The notes beneath the pieces were generated by a model that was given only the letters and a program-made list of their open reading frames with translations, was not told the origin of the DNA and did not search any database. The position numbers and the translations under genes are program-made. Shown one piece after another: positions 47,085 through 58,857 of a stretch of DNA of 64,000 nt. Source of the DNA: Macrostomum lignano (taxonomy: Eukaryota); contig NIVC01001274.1 in the NCBI GenBank assembly GCA_002269645.1, forward strand, positions 204,408 through 268,407, read 5' to 3'. Positions within the stretch are counted from its first letter, which is position 1, and the number at the start of each line of letters is the position of its first letter.

Positions 47085-49989
47085 CAAAGAATGAACTGAC
47101 TGTAAATGAATTTCAGGTCGACCCGGAGAGGCGGGCACAGGAGGCTCAAACTCGGTCGGGACTAACTCTGTAAGCCAGCTTGGCCGTTCAGCAGATGTAG
47201 AAACTTTTATGTAAAAACTTTAGTCTTTTTTAACAAAAGAATTCACAATTGCATTTAAAGCCTGCAGGAGTATACGTGCATGCGTTTTCCAGAATCTTCA
47301 TTCAAACGCTTGCCCAGCTACTTTTTAGAAATGCTACGGAATACGTTAGTCATTATAATCACTTCAGTGTATATTGAAGAAGCTTTTCCCTTCTGAAGAA
47401 GTTCTGTTTCGAGAGCACAGCTGTATGTCGCATGTTGCGCTCTTCATTTTTCCTATCTCATTTTTTCCTGTAATGTTCGCAATCAGTAAAAAAGTTTAGC
47501 GTCCTTCTGCTTTAGTCTAAACAAAGCAAATGGTGCAAAAGCATAACCTACATGGCTTGCAGGCAGCCCAAACTGGCATCGGAGGCGTTAACGGACAGCC
47601 GGGCAGCAACGACCAAAGCACTGCGGCTACCGATAGAAACCCTGGAGGCTGCGGAGCCGGCTGGCTTGGCAAGCCTACCGCCGCCCGCACAAGCACCCAA
47701 TACGGAGACAGAGGCGGCAGTCGCGCCGACGGCTGGGTCGGCGGCAGAGCCGGAGACACGAGTCCCGCCGACGGCGGCTTCGGCGGTGGCGGAGGCGGAG
47801 GCGCGGCCACCACCAAAGGAGCGGCAGGAGCCGGCGGAGGCTACAGCGGCGGCGGAGCTGGGGCTCGCAGCGACCACGCCGGAGGAGGCGGCGGCTCCTT
47901 CTGCGGCGGCAACGGCTGCGTGGCCACAACGGGTGGCAACACGGGCAGCGAGCACGGCTTCGTGATGCTGCAAATGATCGGCAGCGGCTGCGCTTAGTCG
48001 TCGGTTTTTTAACTTTTTAAGGGAAAAAATGAAGGTCAAAAGAAAAACTTACTGTGATTTTAGAGTTTTCAGTGGTTTTAAGGATGCTCTGTTGTTTGTT
48101 TTCTTGGATACAACGTTTATTATATCAAATGCACGTAGGTAGCTCGTAGTTAGACACTACTTATTTTTTCCACCCATTAAAAGTGCTGAGCTGGGATAAA
48201 GTAGCTCGACGGTGACCTGTTTGAGTTTCTTGTCGGACTGATGATCTGTGGGTTCGGTTTTGAACAATGGCTACATTTACTACGATTCTAAATCCAGGGG
48301 CTAGCTTGTGGTGGGATTTCTGCCCATCAGGTCCATGAAGGACTACTCTCTAGGCACAGAGTAGCTACTTATCTCAATAATTCATGCAAATAAGGTTTTT
48401 TGTATCTCTAACTTGTATTTCTAAATCAATTACTTTTTTGTTTTACCGTTTCACTGTGTCAAAATTCAATGCCTAATATTGTACGTATAATCGCATATAC
48501 GAGCCTATTTTAAAGATAAGTCACGTCCTGAATATTGTTTAGATTAATAACTTTAGTTTTTTGGTGTTCTGTGAATAGCTAGTACTATTTGTTATTTTCT
48601 GTATGAATTAATTTAATCGATTTTCTATGTAAGTTCCAAATATACTGGACCGATTTCTTTTTTCAAGTAGGGCAACTCTTTTCTGAAATATAGCTCATAC
48701 ATGTATAGTTGGACTAAATTTTTTCCTGAAGTATCTTGTAATCAGTTGGTGCAATCCCTAATTAGACAGCTAATATTCAGTTACAGACTTCGAATATTAT
48801 TTCTTTTAATTCTACCAATGCAGAGGCAAAACTATTTATCTGTTGTTCTTCTTAAGTGTTGCCTCAGCTAGATAACATTTATTCCGCCATGCGAAAAGCA
48901 ACAAAAATGTATGTTTTTTTTAATCAATAAAACTAATATCCGTTAACACCTGGAAATCGATCGCTTATTCTTCTGTCAATTAATAGTTTGTAATAATAAA
49001 CCACATTCTGACGCTTGATCAGACGGTAGGTAGTAGGTGGTCCAGACAAACTGACTGAAGATTTACTGACTTTGCTTTAACTTTGACTTTAAAGCTGTTA
49101 AATAGAAAATATATTGAAATTATTGAGTACGTACATTTATATGGGATACCTCTATAGTATATATAACTATAGCTTGTAAATAAAAGCGTGAATTTACAGA
49201 ACCCAAAACCATAGCAGCTTGAAATTGAATTAGGCTTACACTCCAACGAATGATGTAATAAAGACACATCTATTGATATATACCTGGCGTACTTAACTTG
49301 TCGCTAAGTTTACAGAAAATCTTTCTAACCTTAAGCTACTTAAAACTTATAATGCCCTTCCTTGTATTTATCTATTCTTTTGCTTTAGGCTTTTCCAGAT
49401 CCAGTCAGCTCAGCTAGTTTTTACCTTTCATATGCTAGGCCAGGAAAAATTACCTCAACTTTTTGGCGACAAAGCCTTGTGTCGATTAAATATTCATGAT
49501 CAACACTGGGTAAATTTGTTAATTCCACAGCTTGTTCCACTCTAAAACTGGCTATTCTGCTTTGCGCCAATCTTGCTTGAAGTAGACAGTTGAGTTGGGC
49601 CATCAAGCTGCAGGGATGCTTTGCAGTAAAGAGAGAAAGATAGGAGGTTGATAGAAAAAACTCAAACTTAATGGTTATGGAAGAGCGACGTAGACATCAC
49701 GTGGTATCGGTAAGCAACCTTTCAATGTACGACTGCATGAGGTGAAAATTTACGAAAAACTCAACTAATGATAAATAATAGAAGTACACAAGCGCAAACA
49801 GGTGCTATGAGTAGTGTACGTTGCATCATATCGAAATAGCAAAAAATCTGCTGCATCATTGAATTCTGTTACATCATAGTTGTCAAAAGTAAGAAAGTCA
49901 GACAAGATCGCTTTGATATGGTATTACACAACAGTATCAATTACTTTGATAGGTGTTATGACTATGAAATATGAGAAAGTCTTCATTGT

Positions 49990-51369
49990 TTAATATTCAA
50001 CACAATAATTTAAACTTGCTAAATGTTCTCATAGTTAACTTGACTGTCATCAGACAAATCCTAAAAGGTGACCCAAAGTCGCTTCTGTACAAGAGTAGCG
50101 GCTCCGGAAGAACAGCTGCCAAGCTGATGACAGTTTCTCAGTTAATGCTTCGAGCTGAGTTTACAAGAGTCGGTTGAAACTTCCAGGAACAGATCGGAAC
50201 ATTGTCAACTAGCTAATAACCAGCTGGTGCTGCCGGCTGCTACCAAATCGAGCTCGCTGTTGTGTCGACACTTTTTTTATTAAAACGAGCTCAGCGATAG
50301 GGGAGACGTGATAGCCGGTAAAGTCAGCCTGACAGCCAGAACTCAGCTCTCTATTGTCGTCGGTCTCTTTGTGTACCGGACATTGGCACTGAGCTAAAGG
50401 CCGCCAGAATCATGGCTGATTCTTTCAAGATTTCATATAGCTTTTGGACTTGCAGAACTGTTTTGTGGACTTGCTTTTGCCCATAGACATTTCCTGCCTC
50501 TGCCTGCTGCTTTATCCTGGCAATCCTGGCATCCATTTGCAAGAGCCAGGTGTCTCAACGACAATCTTAATTAGTTTTTAGGCTTTTGTTTTCCTTTGTT
50601 TTTTTCTCCTTCCATCCTCTCCGTTTGTCTTCTTTCACTTCCTTTTTCTTTTCCTCTTCGTAGCTATAGGGGCACCATTAGTGCTGTTGGTCTTTGACCA
50701 CTCTGATAGTGAGTTTCATATAATAAAAAAAGAATAATATTACATAATCCGCTATTGGCTGCCATCGGCGTCGGTGGTGCATCTTCCGGACAGAATGATA
50801 GACGTTGAGTTTAGTAGTTCTAGCTGTACTGAGGCTGTACTGAAAATACATGAGACATTTATATTCCAATCATGCAAATTTCAAGACTGCAAGGCAAAGC
50901 AGACACAATTGCGGCCTGCATGAACTCCTCCCATACCTCTGATGTGAGTCCCTTAAATCAACTTTACTAAAACGGAACCTTAGATGCAGGACAGGTTCGA
51001 GAGTGACCGTCTGATTGGTTGAGTTTTTATTTTGCAGCCTACATAATAGGACTTATAAAATATTCCAGCCGATAAGGACTGACATTGGAGGTGCCAACAG
51101 TCAGCCTACACAACTTTGGTTGCAGCAGCAACCCGAGCACCGAGCACGGAGGCAGAGGCGGCAGTCGCACTGACGGTTGGATCGGCGGCGGCGGTGGAAG
51201 AGCCGGCTCGGTGCCACCAGCGACTTCCGGCTGGGCAACGGTCGGAGCCGATGGAGGCTTCTGCAGAGGAAGCGGCTGTGTGGTCACCATGGGCGGCAAC
51301 ACGGGCAGCAAAAGCGGCTTTGTACTGTTGCAAATGAAAACAACAATTGTGGTTGCGCTTAAAAACTGA
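49990..51369 (+). pseudogene. Remnant D: heavily decayed family paralog
   Basis: Collinear traces: VLIVNLTVIRQIL and LYKSSG (PAN exon), GCYQIELA and AGKVSLTARTQLSIVVG/FVYRT (exon 3), and STEHGGRGGSRTDGWIGG...FCRGSGCVVTMGGNTGSKSGFVLLQM (last exon). Large internal deletions. Confidence 0.75.
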
Positions 51370-52470
51370 GAAGATTTTATTCACGGGGTAAACCGTGATC
51401 GGCTTTCACCAATCAAGATTAGCGGTCTTGCTACCAGACAGACTTTCTTATACATGTATAGCTCTAATTAATGGGATTAAAAGGTTGCTTATACTCTATA
51501 GTGGCTCCACCTGTGTAAGTGTATTGTTGCTAAATTATCACACTATTGTAATAAAAATTCCAATAAAAACACTACTAGTCGGAACGAGCACTGAATTACG
51601 GTTTAAACAGAAAGGGTCTTGTGAAGAGTGATTGGGAAACATCGATATCAAATACTCCCCAAGGAGTCTGGTTGCAGATATCCATCTTATCTACGAACCT
51701 ATTATAACAAACTAATGAATATATGCTAACAAACTTACGTGGGAATTTACGTATGGTACAATTTTTTAATCGAACTCAAGAACAACAAGTGCGCATATGA
51801 ACAAATTGAAATGGTTCGAAAAATCGCTCAAGCATTCTTCCTTGTTTATCATCATTTGTTATAATATGTTTTAATTTGTTTGATTTTGCTTGTTAGACTT
51901 GTTAGAATTTGTTGTAAGATATTCTACGAGCGCACATAATTTTATTAAAAAATACCTACTACCAAAAGCTTACAACTTTCGCGGTAACAAGTAAAGAAAT
52001 TCAACGGCCCGTATTTTGTCTGCTAACTTGCATTTAGGATACTTTTTTCCGACTAACTACTTAAAGTAGTTTTAGTAGCAAAACTATTCATTTTTTATAT
52101 TACAGCAATACTTCAAAAAACAATTTTACAAACTATGTATTTTTGCTATAACCGTAAGATTTGAAATACTTCGTAAAGTACACCGTAAACGCCGCGATTA
52201 TTCGCAGCAAAGATAATTTATTTCATAAAAAAATGATAGTTACTCAATACTTGATTTCTTAATTGTTTTACAAGCTAATCGCTATTGGAGCAGTTCTTGT
52301 TTTGTATTTTTATTGTTTTTCTTCTAGTACACCATAAAACAGTAATTGAATCGTGACAAAGCTCGTAAAATTGTTTTTTAACAGTTTGAAATAAAGCTTG
52401 CTAGGTAGGAAATACCCTGTGAGAACGGAGAAATCTTTGTCAAACTTTTGATATCAATCAATTAGAAGCA

Positions 52471-53791
52471 TCATTCATCCTGCGATTGATTCATCCATTC
52501 GAGAAATTCTCGATAATTGATTCTACCGTCGTAATCCTTGTCGCTGTTGGCGAAGAACTTGTCCACATCTGCGGCACCAAACATTGAGCCGGCGCCCATC
52601 TCCTGGATGGCCTGCAAAGAGGAGGTACGGCTCGTAACAGGCAGGTAACTGGCGATGAGCAGCCATTTCATCATTGACCAGGTGAGTTACAGGGAATACA
52701 TCATCCCTGACCAAGTGAGTTACTGGAACTACATCATCCCTGACCAGGTGAGTTACTGGGACTACATCATCCCTGACCAGGTGAGTCACTGGGACTTCAT
52801 CATCCCTGACCAGATGAGTCACTGGAACTACATCATCCCTGACCAGGTGAGTCACTGGGAATACATCATCCCTGACCAGGTGAGTCACTGGGACTACATC
52901 ATCCCTGACCAGGTGAGTCACTGGGACTTCATCATCCCTGACCAGGTGAGTCACTGGGACTTCATCATCCCTGACCAGGTGAGTCACTGGGACTTCATCG
53001 TCCTTGACCAGGTGAGTCACCGCATTCGTGTCACCCTGACCAGCTGAGCCAAAACTAATCTACAGCAGGAGCATTAGCAAAAGCTGATCAGACCTGCAGC
53101 AGCTCCTGCTTGGTGATGAAACCGTTTCCATCTTTGTCGATCTTTTCAAACAGATGCCTCCATTGGCTGTAGCGGAACACAATGGCTCTGAAGTTCGCGA
53201 AGGCAGATTAAAGGTCATTTTAAAGGACAACTAAATGCACTTGAAAAAATTTCATGGAATAAAATATCATAAAAGTATTCCGTATAGCTGAAATTACATT
53301 TGATCATCAAAAAATATTTATAAATCAAGCTACTCACTGCCTTTGAGCTCGAGGAATCTCATTCAAAGTTTTTTGATACTCATCCAGCGTGATTTTGCCG
53401 TCGCGATTGCGATCAAACAGACGAAGATATTTCTAAATTTATAGTTAAAAAATTAGTAAGAGTGAGTTGTGAGATAACAATATTAATGCAGAAAATGATA
53501 GAAAATCTGTCAGATTTTGCGAGATTAAGAAGCTTAATCTTCTTCTCAATAAGACCCCTTAAAATCGTTTCCCAAGTACTCGTATATAATTAATTCTTTT
53601 AATCCTAGCAGTGTTCAATTCGTCATGGAAATTTTTCGGGGTCCTTCACAAAAATTTCTCATTACCTGCACAAATAGTTCGTTGTGCTGTCGCTTGTATA
53701 GGTACTCTCTCAGCTCATCAGCTGTGATAACACCGGCGCCTTTCTTGTCGATCATCCTGAACGCTTTGAGTAGTTCCTCCTCGGTTGTCAT
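52471..53791 (-). CDS. Calmodulin-like 4-EF-hand calcium-binding protein, ~151 aa
   Basis: Exons 53791-53666, 53432-53338, 53187-53094 and 52611-52471 (456 nt, GT-AG, compatible phases). Loops DKKGAGVITADE, DRNRDGKITLDE, DKDGNGFITKQE, DKDYDGRINYRE. An acceptor at 53808 implies an upstream exon or trans-splice site. Confidence 0.85.
52668..53030. repeat. 33-bp minisatellite (CATCCCTGACCAGGTGAGTCACTGGGACTACAT), 11 copies, in the last intron of the EF-hand gene
   Basis: 33-nt periodicity is visible directly and in the ORF track (IPDQVSHWDYI repeats). Confidence 0.95.
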
Positions 53792-54887
53792 GCTCAGCCG
53801 CTTCGGACTATGTCAAATGTCACGCTAGTATCCAATGGATGAAAATAAGCTACATCTTTATGATGGGGCGGAGCGCAAGCGGCTTTTATGGCTCTGGGGA
53901 TGGGTTGGTGTGCTTAGAGAGGGAAGGAAACTGGGAGTTACAGAAAGCGGAGAGGACTGTGGTTGGGACGAGGAGGATGAGGGAACAGAACCACCTGAGG
54001 CCGTGAGTACGTTCTAGTGGGATAACCCTTTGCGACGAGTCTACTTCAACTCGTACTTGTTTTGCTGTGACGATTTATCGTAAGAGGAAGTCATGAGTTG
54101 AGAATCACAGAAGAGATTTTCGGTCCCTTTTGCAGCCTTTTTGCTTGATAAGTCACGCCATGCAATTGCATGCATACAGTCAGGTTAGGGCCAGGATACT
54201 ATCAAATTATTTTAATTGAGGCTTTCTAATCGATTGGCGCTCTTTAGCCCCATGCAAAGATGGTTTAATGAGGGCTTTTTAGTCATCTGGCAATCGCCAA
54301 TCATCAAAACACGTTCTTTTCTCCTTTGTCTGCTCAAAGATGCACAGATAATGGCACGCAATATGCAAATTGTTGCTAAAAAAAACAATTGCAGGCCTTT
54401 TGCTTTTAGATTTTTTCATACAAGTATATTTTCGTTTGTCGAACGTCTGTTTTTTTGTTTGAAAAATCGCATAAACTAACAAAAACCATTTTTGATCGGT
54501 ATTCAGTATTTTTTATTCAAACAGTTTAATTGCTCGATAAAATGTATTTATTCGGCTAACGGCTATATACTGTACACAATTAGTCAATTATGAATATCTA
54601 TTCTAGCTCTGTTACGACGTAAATTTGATGTCAGCAAGCATTTCGTACAGGTAGCACAGAGAAAAATCTAAATAGATAAACAAAAATATAATAAATCTAA
54701 CTTCCTACGGGGCTTACTGTAGCTACGGATTAACATTTTCTAGGAGTTTTAAACAAATATTTGAAACGAGATGGAACAGAATTGTACGCAATAATTGCTG
54801 TAGTAAGAGTACAGTGAGTAGGTAAGAGGAGTGAGATTCGCTAATAGGCAACCGTGTCAATCAATTTAAATACCTGTGGGGTAGCGA

Positions 54888-55530
54888 GCTGTAGGGTAGG
54901 GTGCTGTAGGGTAGGGTTCTGTAGGGTAGGGTGCTGTAGGGTAGGGTGCTGTAGGGTAGGGTGCTGTAGGGTAGGGTGGCTGTAGGGTAGGGTGCTGCAG
55001 GGTAGGGTACTGTAGGGTAGGGTTCTGTAGGGTAGGGTACTGTAGGGTAGGGTGCTGCAGGGTAGGGTGCTGTAGGGTAGGGTGCTGTAGGGTAGGGTGC
55101 TGTAGGGTAGGGTGCTGTAGGGTAGGGTGGCTGTAGGGTAGGGTGCTGCAGGGTAGGGTACTGTAGGGTAGGGTTCTGTAGGGTAGGGTACTGTAGGGTA
55201 GGGTGCTGCAGGGTAGGATGCTGTAGGGTAGGGTGCTGTAGGGTAGGGTGCTGTAGGGTAGGGTGCTGCAGGGTAGGGTGCTGTAGGGTGGCGTGTTTAG
55301 AGTAGAGTGCTGTAGGGTAGGGTGCTGTAGCATAGGGTGCTGTAGGGTAGGGTAGGGTGCTGTAGGGTAGGGTGCTGTAGGGTAGGGTGCTGTAGGGTAG
55401 GGTGGCTGTAGGGTAGGGTGCTGCAGGGTAGGGTACTGTAGGGTAGGGTTCTGTAGGGTAGGGTGCTGTAGGGTAGGGTGCTGTAGGGTAGGGTGCTGTA
55501 GGATATGATGCTGTAAGCTGCTGTGCGGTA
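54888..55530. repeat. 15-bp G-rich minisatellite (TGCTGTAGGGTAGGG)n with higher-order variant blocks
   Basis: About 40 units. The variant block starting TGGCTG recurs at 54977, 55128 and 55403. Confidence 0.95.
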
Positions 55531-55748
55531 GGGTGCTGTGATTTTTTCAGCTATTCATAGTTCATTTTAATTTACTGGTAACGTATCTAGGCTGAATATA
55601 GATTTGCTGAAAAATACATGTAACTCTAATTAAAGTTGATTATCATACTTGTAGCAATGATTCGTCAAAAATTAAATAAATGATGGCGCCATCGCATGCC
55701 AACAACGGGCAGAAAAGCCACTTAATTACAGATTCCGACTTGCTACTG

Positions 55749-57507
55749 CTAATAATCTGCTGGACGCCGCATGCCCATATAGTGATGCTGCTTCGGCTGT
55801 GGCTGCGGCTGCGGCGGCTGCTGGCGGTACAGTTGCATGCGACTGTGGGGCAGCACAGGCTGGAACGCGTGACCTTGGCCAAATTGACCACCATTGTCAT
55901 CCATGAAGCCTCTTTGGTTGCGTCTGAAATTATTTTTTAATGAACCTTTAGCTGAGTCAATGTACTTTTGGCTATGTGCGAGATAATGGATGTCTTGGGA
56001 AGAACTTATTCCATAGCTCAATTTGGCCAGGGTTCATGACGAATTTTAGTATGATTAGATTTGGCTTCATTTCTGGGCGTGGCTTTTCCAGTGTGATTTT
56101 CAAACATTAACTCAGGATTAGTACTCCAATTACTAGCGGCAGAGAGTGGCATTTCGAGTTTTGGGACGCAGCTTCAAAAACGTTTTTAATTACTGCGTTT
56201 TAAAATCACTCACCGACCCTCATAGGGCAGCCCGGCCCCTCCCTGGTCCTTCACGGCACGAATTCCCTCGGCCTCGTGTTTGAGCAGTCGCATTCGCTCG
56301 TCCCACAGGCGGTCAATTTCCATGCGCAGCGTTTCAATACGACTGTCGCGCTCCTCAATTTCGTGTCGCATCCTGCGTCCCGAGTAGGCGCCGCCGTTGC
56401 CTCGGGGATAGGAACCCTGGCCATCGTCGAGACCTGCTTCCATTTCGTTCTGATCGTCAAAGTAGCCGCCAGGCCGCTTCTCCATGAGGTTTCGCGGCCC
56501 CGTGTAGTCCTCGCTGTCGTACCAAGGCCGTCGCGTCGTAGCCAAATCGCGACGCTTCCGCGCCGAAGAATCAACTGCGTCGAGGCTGCGAGTCAGTTCA
56601 AACGGCGTGAGGTCGTAATCCGGCGGTGGATATTCATCATAGCCGCTCTGCCGGGGGCAGGTTTTTTAGGATGCAACAAGTGTTCGATAAATGTTTACAA
56701 GCATTCTAAAGATTCCTACATTCTGCTTTGTTAGCTTTGACAATTCGGTGAGGGTGAACTACTTTTAGATTAATCTTCTACTCGTAGATTTATTCTATTT
56801 TACATTGTGGCATCTGTGTGCGTCCAGTGCAGGCACTATATTTAGACTACATAAGCTGCTTTAGCTTCGCACGGATTAAAAGAGACATATAAACCTTCAG
56901 CGTATGACAGAACCCCCGAGATTAATGAAGTAGCTAATCTTCTTGTTGTTCCGTCTATTTTTCTGTGCTTCAAAAATACTCCAGAAGCTTCTCAAACCTG
57001 TTGCAGATGTTGCTGATGTCTCCGTTGTTGCTGCTGTTGCTGCGGTGGTTGTCCGAAGCCGCGATTTCTGCCGCCTCCGCCACCGCCGGCTTCTTCAAAG
57101 AACACGTCGTCGCTTAGCTGCGATTGAGTGTCGAATGTTACCAAAGCATTGCTGTTGTGGTGGTGGCGATGGTGTTGTTGATGGTTGTTACCAGGCATCG
57201 ATGGCGCGCCGTTTGTCTGCGGATGACGCAGATGCAGCTGCTGAGGAAGCTGGGAATGATGAAGCGAGGAAGGCGCTTGCTGCTGATGGTAAACTGACTC
57301 AGCCGCGGCCGCCTGCCTCTCGCGCAGCCAGGTGGGCTCGGGCATGGCGGCCCTAGTCGGGGTCAGTCTGCGCTGGGCCGGTGGCAGCGACCTCCACGGA
57401 TGCCGGTCGGCCACGTGCGTGCGCAGGCCGATCTCGGTGACAAAGTAACGCTTGGGAGCGCAGATTGGGCACTCGAACACCTCCATTCTGGCACTGGAGT
57501 CTGCCAT
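55749..57507 (-). CDS. Uncharacterised protein, ~372 aa: N-terminal C2H2-like finger, Q/H/G low-complexity regions, central coiled-coil
   Basis: Exons 57507-56998, 56647-56214 and 55923-55749 (1119 nt, GT-AG, phases 0 and 2 compatible). CPIC-x14-H-x4-H motif; heptad-like RHEIEERDSRIETLRMEIDRLWDERMRLLKHE. Confidence 0.7.
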
Positions 57508-57685
57508 TCAGTTCGACTGGAGGAAGGTTTTTTCAACGCGCAATATAGTACACCCGGTTATTTAGACTTGAAACTTTCAATAAAGGCCGAGCAAATTATA
57601 ATCCCAGGTAATGTCAGCTCTTTATATACTTATAGAGAAACTACGAGTAAAATACGAATTTCGATCTTTGTGTCCTGTCCTTTCA

Positions 57686-57762
<77 letters not shown>

Positions 57763-57765
57763 GCC

Positions 57766-57828
<63 letters not shown>

Positions 57829-57878
57829 ATGTCTGTCTGTCTGTCTGTCTGTCTCTCTGTCTGTCTGTCTGTCTGTCG

Positions 57879-57920
<42 letters not shown>

Positions 57921-58004
57921 ATGTCTGTCTGTCTGTCTGTCTGTCTCTCTGTCTGTCTGTCTGTCTGTCGGTCTGTCTGTCTGTCTGTCTCTCTGTCTGT
58001 CTGT
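57686..58004. repeat. (TCTG)n microsatellite, ~80 units with interruptions
   Basis: Direct inspection. Confidence 0.97.
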
Positions 58005-58716
58005 AGACTTCTTCTACGATATTCAAACAGCATGGCAATTTTCTTTCTTGCTTAAAAGCACCCTGAACTGGAGGTATAAGTTTTATGGAGAATTTATAAA
58101 ATAATTTCACTAGCTAGAAGACACTTTGCCACCTGTTCCTCATCATCTTGCGTGCGCAGGAAACCCATTAAAACTATTTTAAGTACTCACCTGTCTTCTC
58201 CTCGATTTAAGGAAAAATATTTCGTCGTCAAGTACCTTAGTTCAGTTCCTGTTAGGATTCGAAAACATTTGTATCGATGAGGAATTGCTTTTTTGCATGG
58301 GCTTTTAGTTTTGTAAACCAGTTTGCTGTAGTAAATCGTCTGCAGTGCCAGTGCAGAACCCGTGTGCGAGAGAGAAAGACTTATAGAAGACACCACAGAG
58401 TGAATTGGGAATAAATCAATCGATACGACGGACCAGAGCATTGAGAGCGGAGCGCTTCGCCGTGTGCACGTTTTTCCTTTCCTTTCCCCTTCTGGCCCCC
58501 TTCCCTCTTATTTCATTTCTGGCCTCAGAAAAAAATCTTACTCTTACTCCAAGTGCAACGCGCACAGCAAACTGCCAGCTTTGTTCGAAAGAAATATAAG
58601 ACTGTTGCCGCCCAACATGCCGTTCCTTTCGTTGGTTTGAGCTGTGCAGTGTTCAGCAGTAAAATAATGTGTGCATTCAAAACAACTGAACTAAATGTAG
58701 TCCCTATGTAGTTCTG

Positions 58717-58857
<141 letters not shown>

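Larger units (their letters stand above)
44753..47997 (+). pseudogene. Gene B': duplicate of gene B with a +2 frameshift in a poly-Gly tract (pseudogene or sequence error)
   Basis: Exons 44753-44816, 45149-45475, 45741-46072 (332 nt vs 330 in B; extra GC at ~45976), 47117-47169 and 47563-47997. All splice sites are intact and the other exons are open. Confidence 0.7.

Noticed and set aside
52523-58110. Repetitive ORFs (HLVRDD, IPDQVSHW, PTLQH/STLPY, VCLS, TDRQ)
   Set aside because: Translations of mini- and microsatellites in intronic or intergenic positions.
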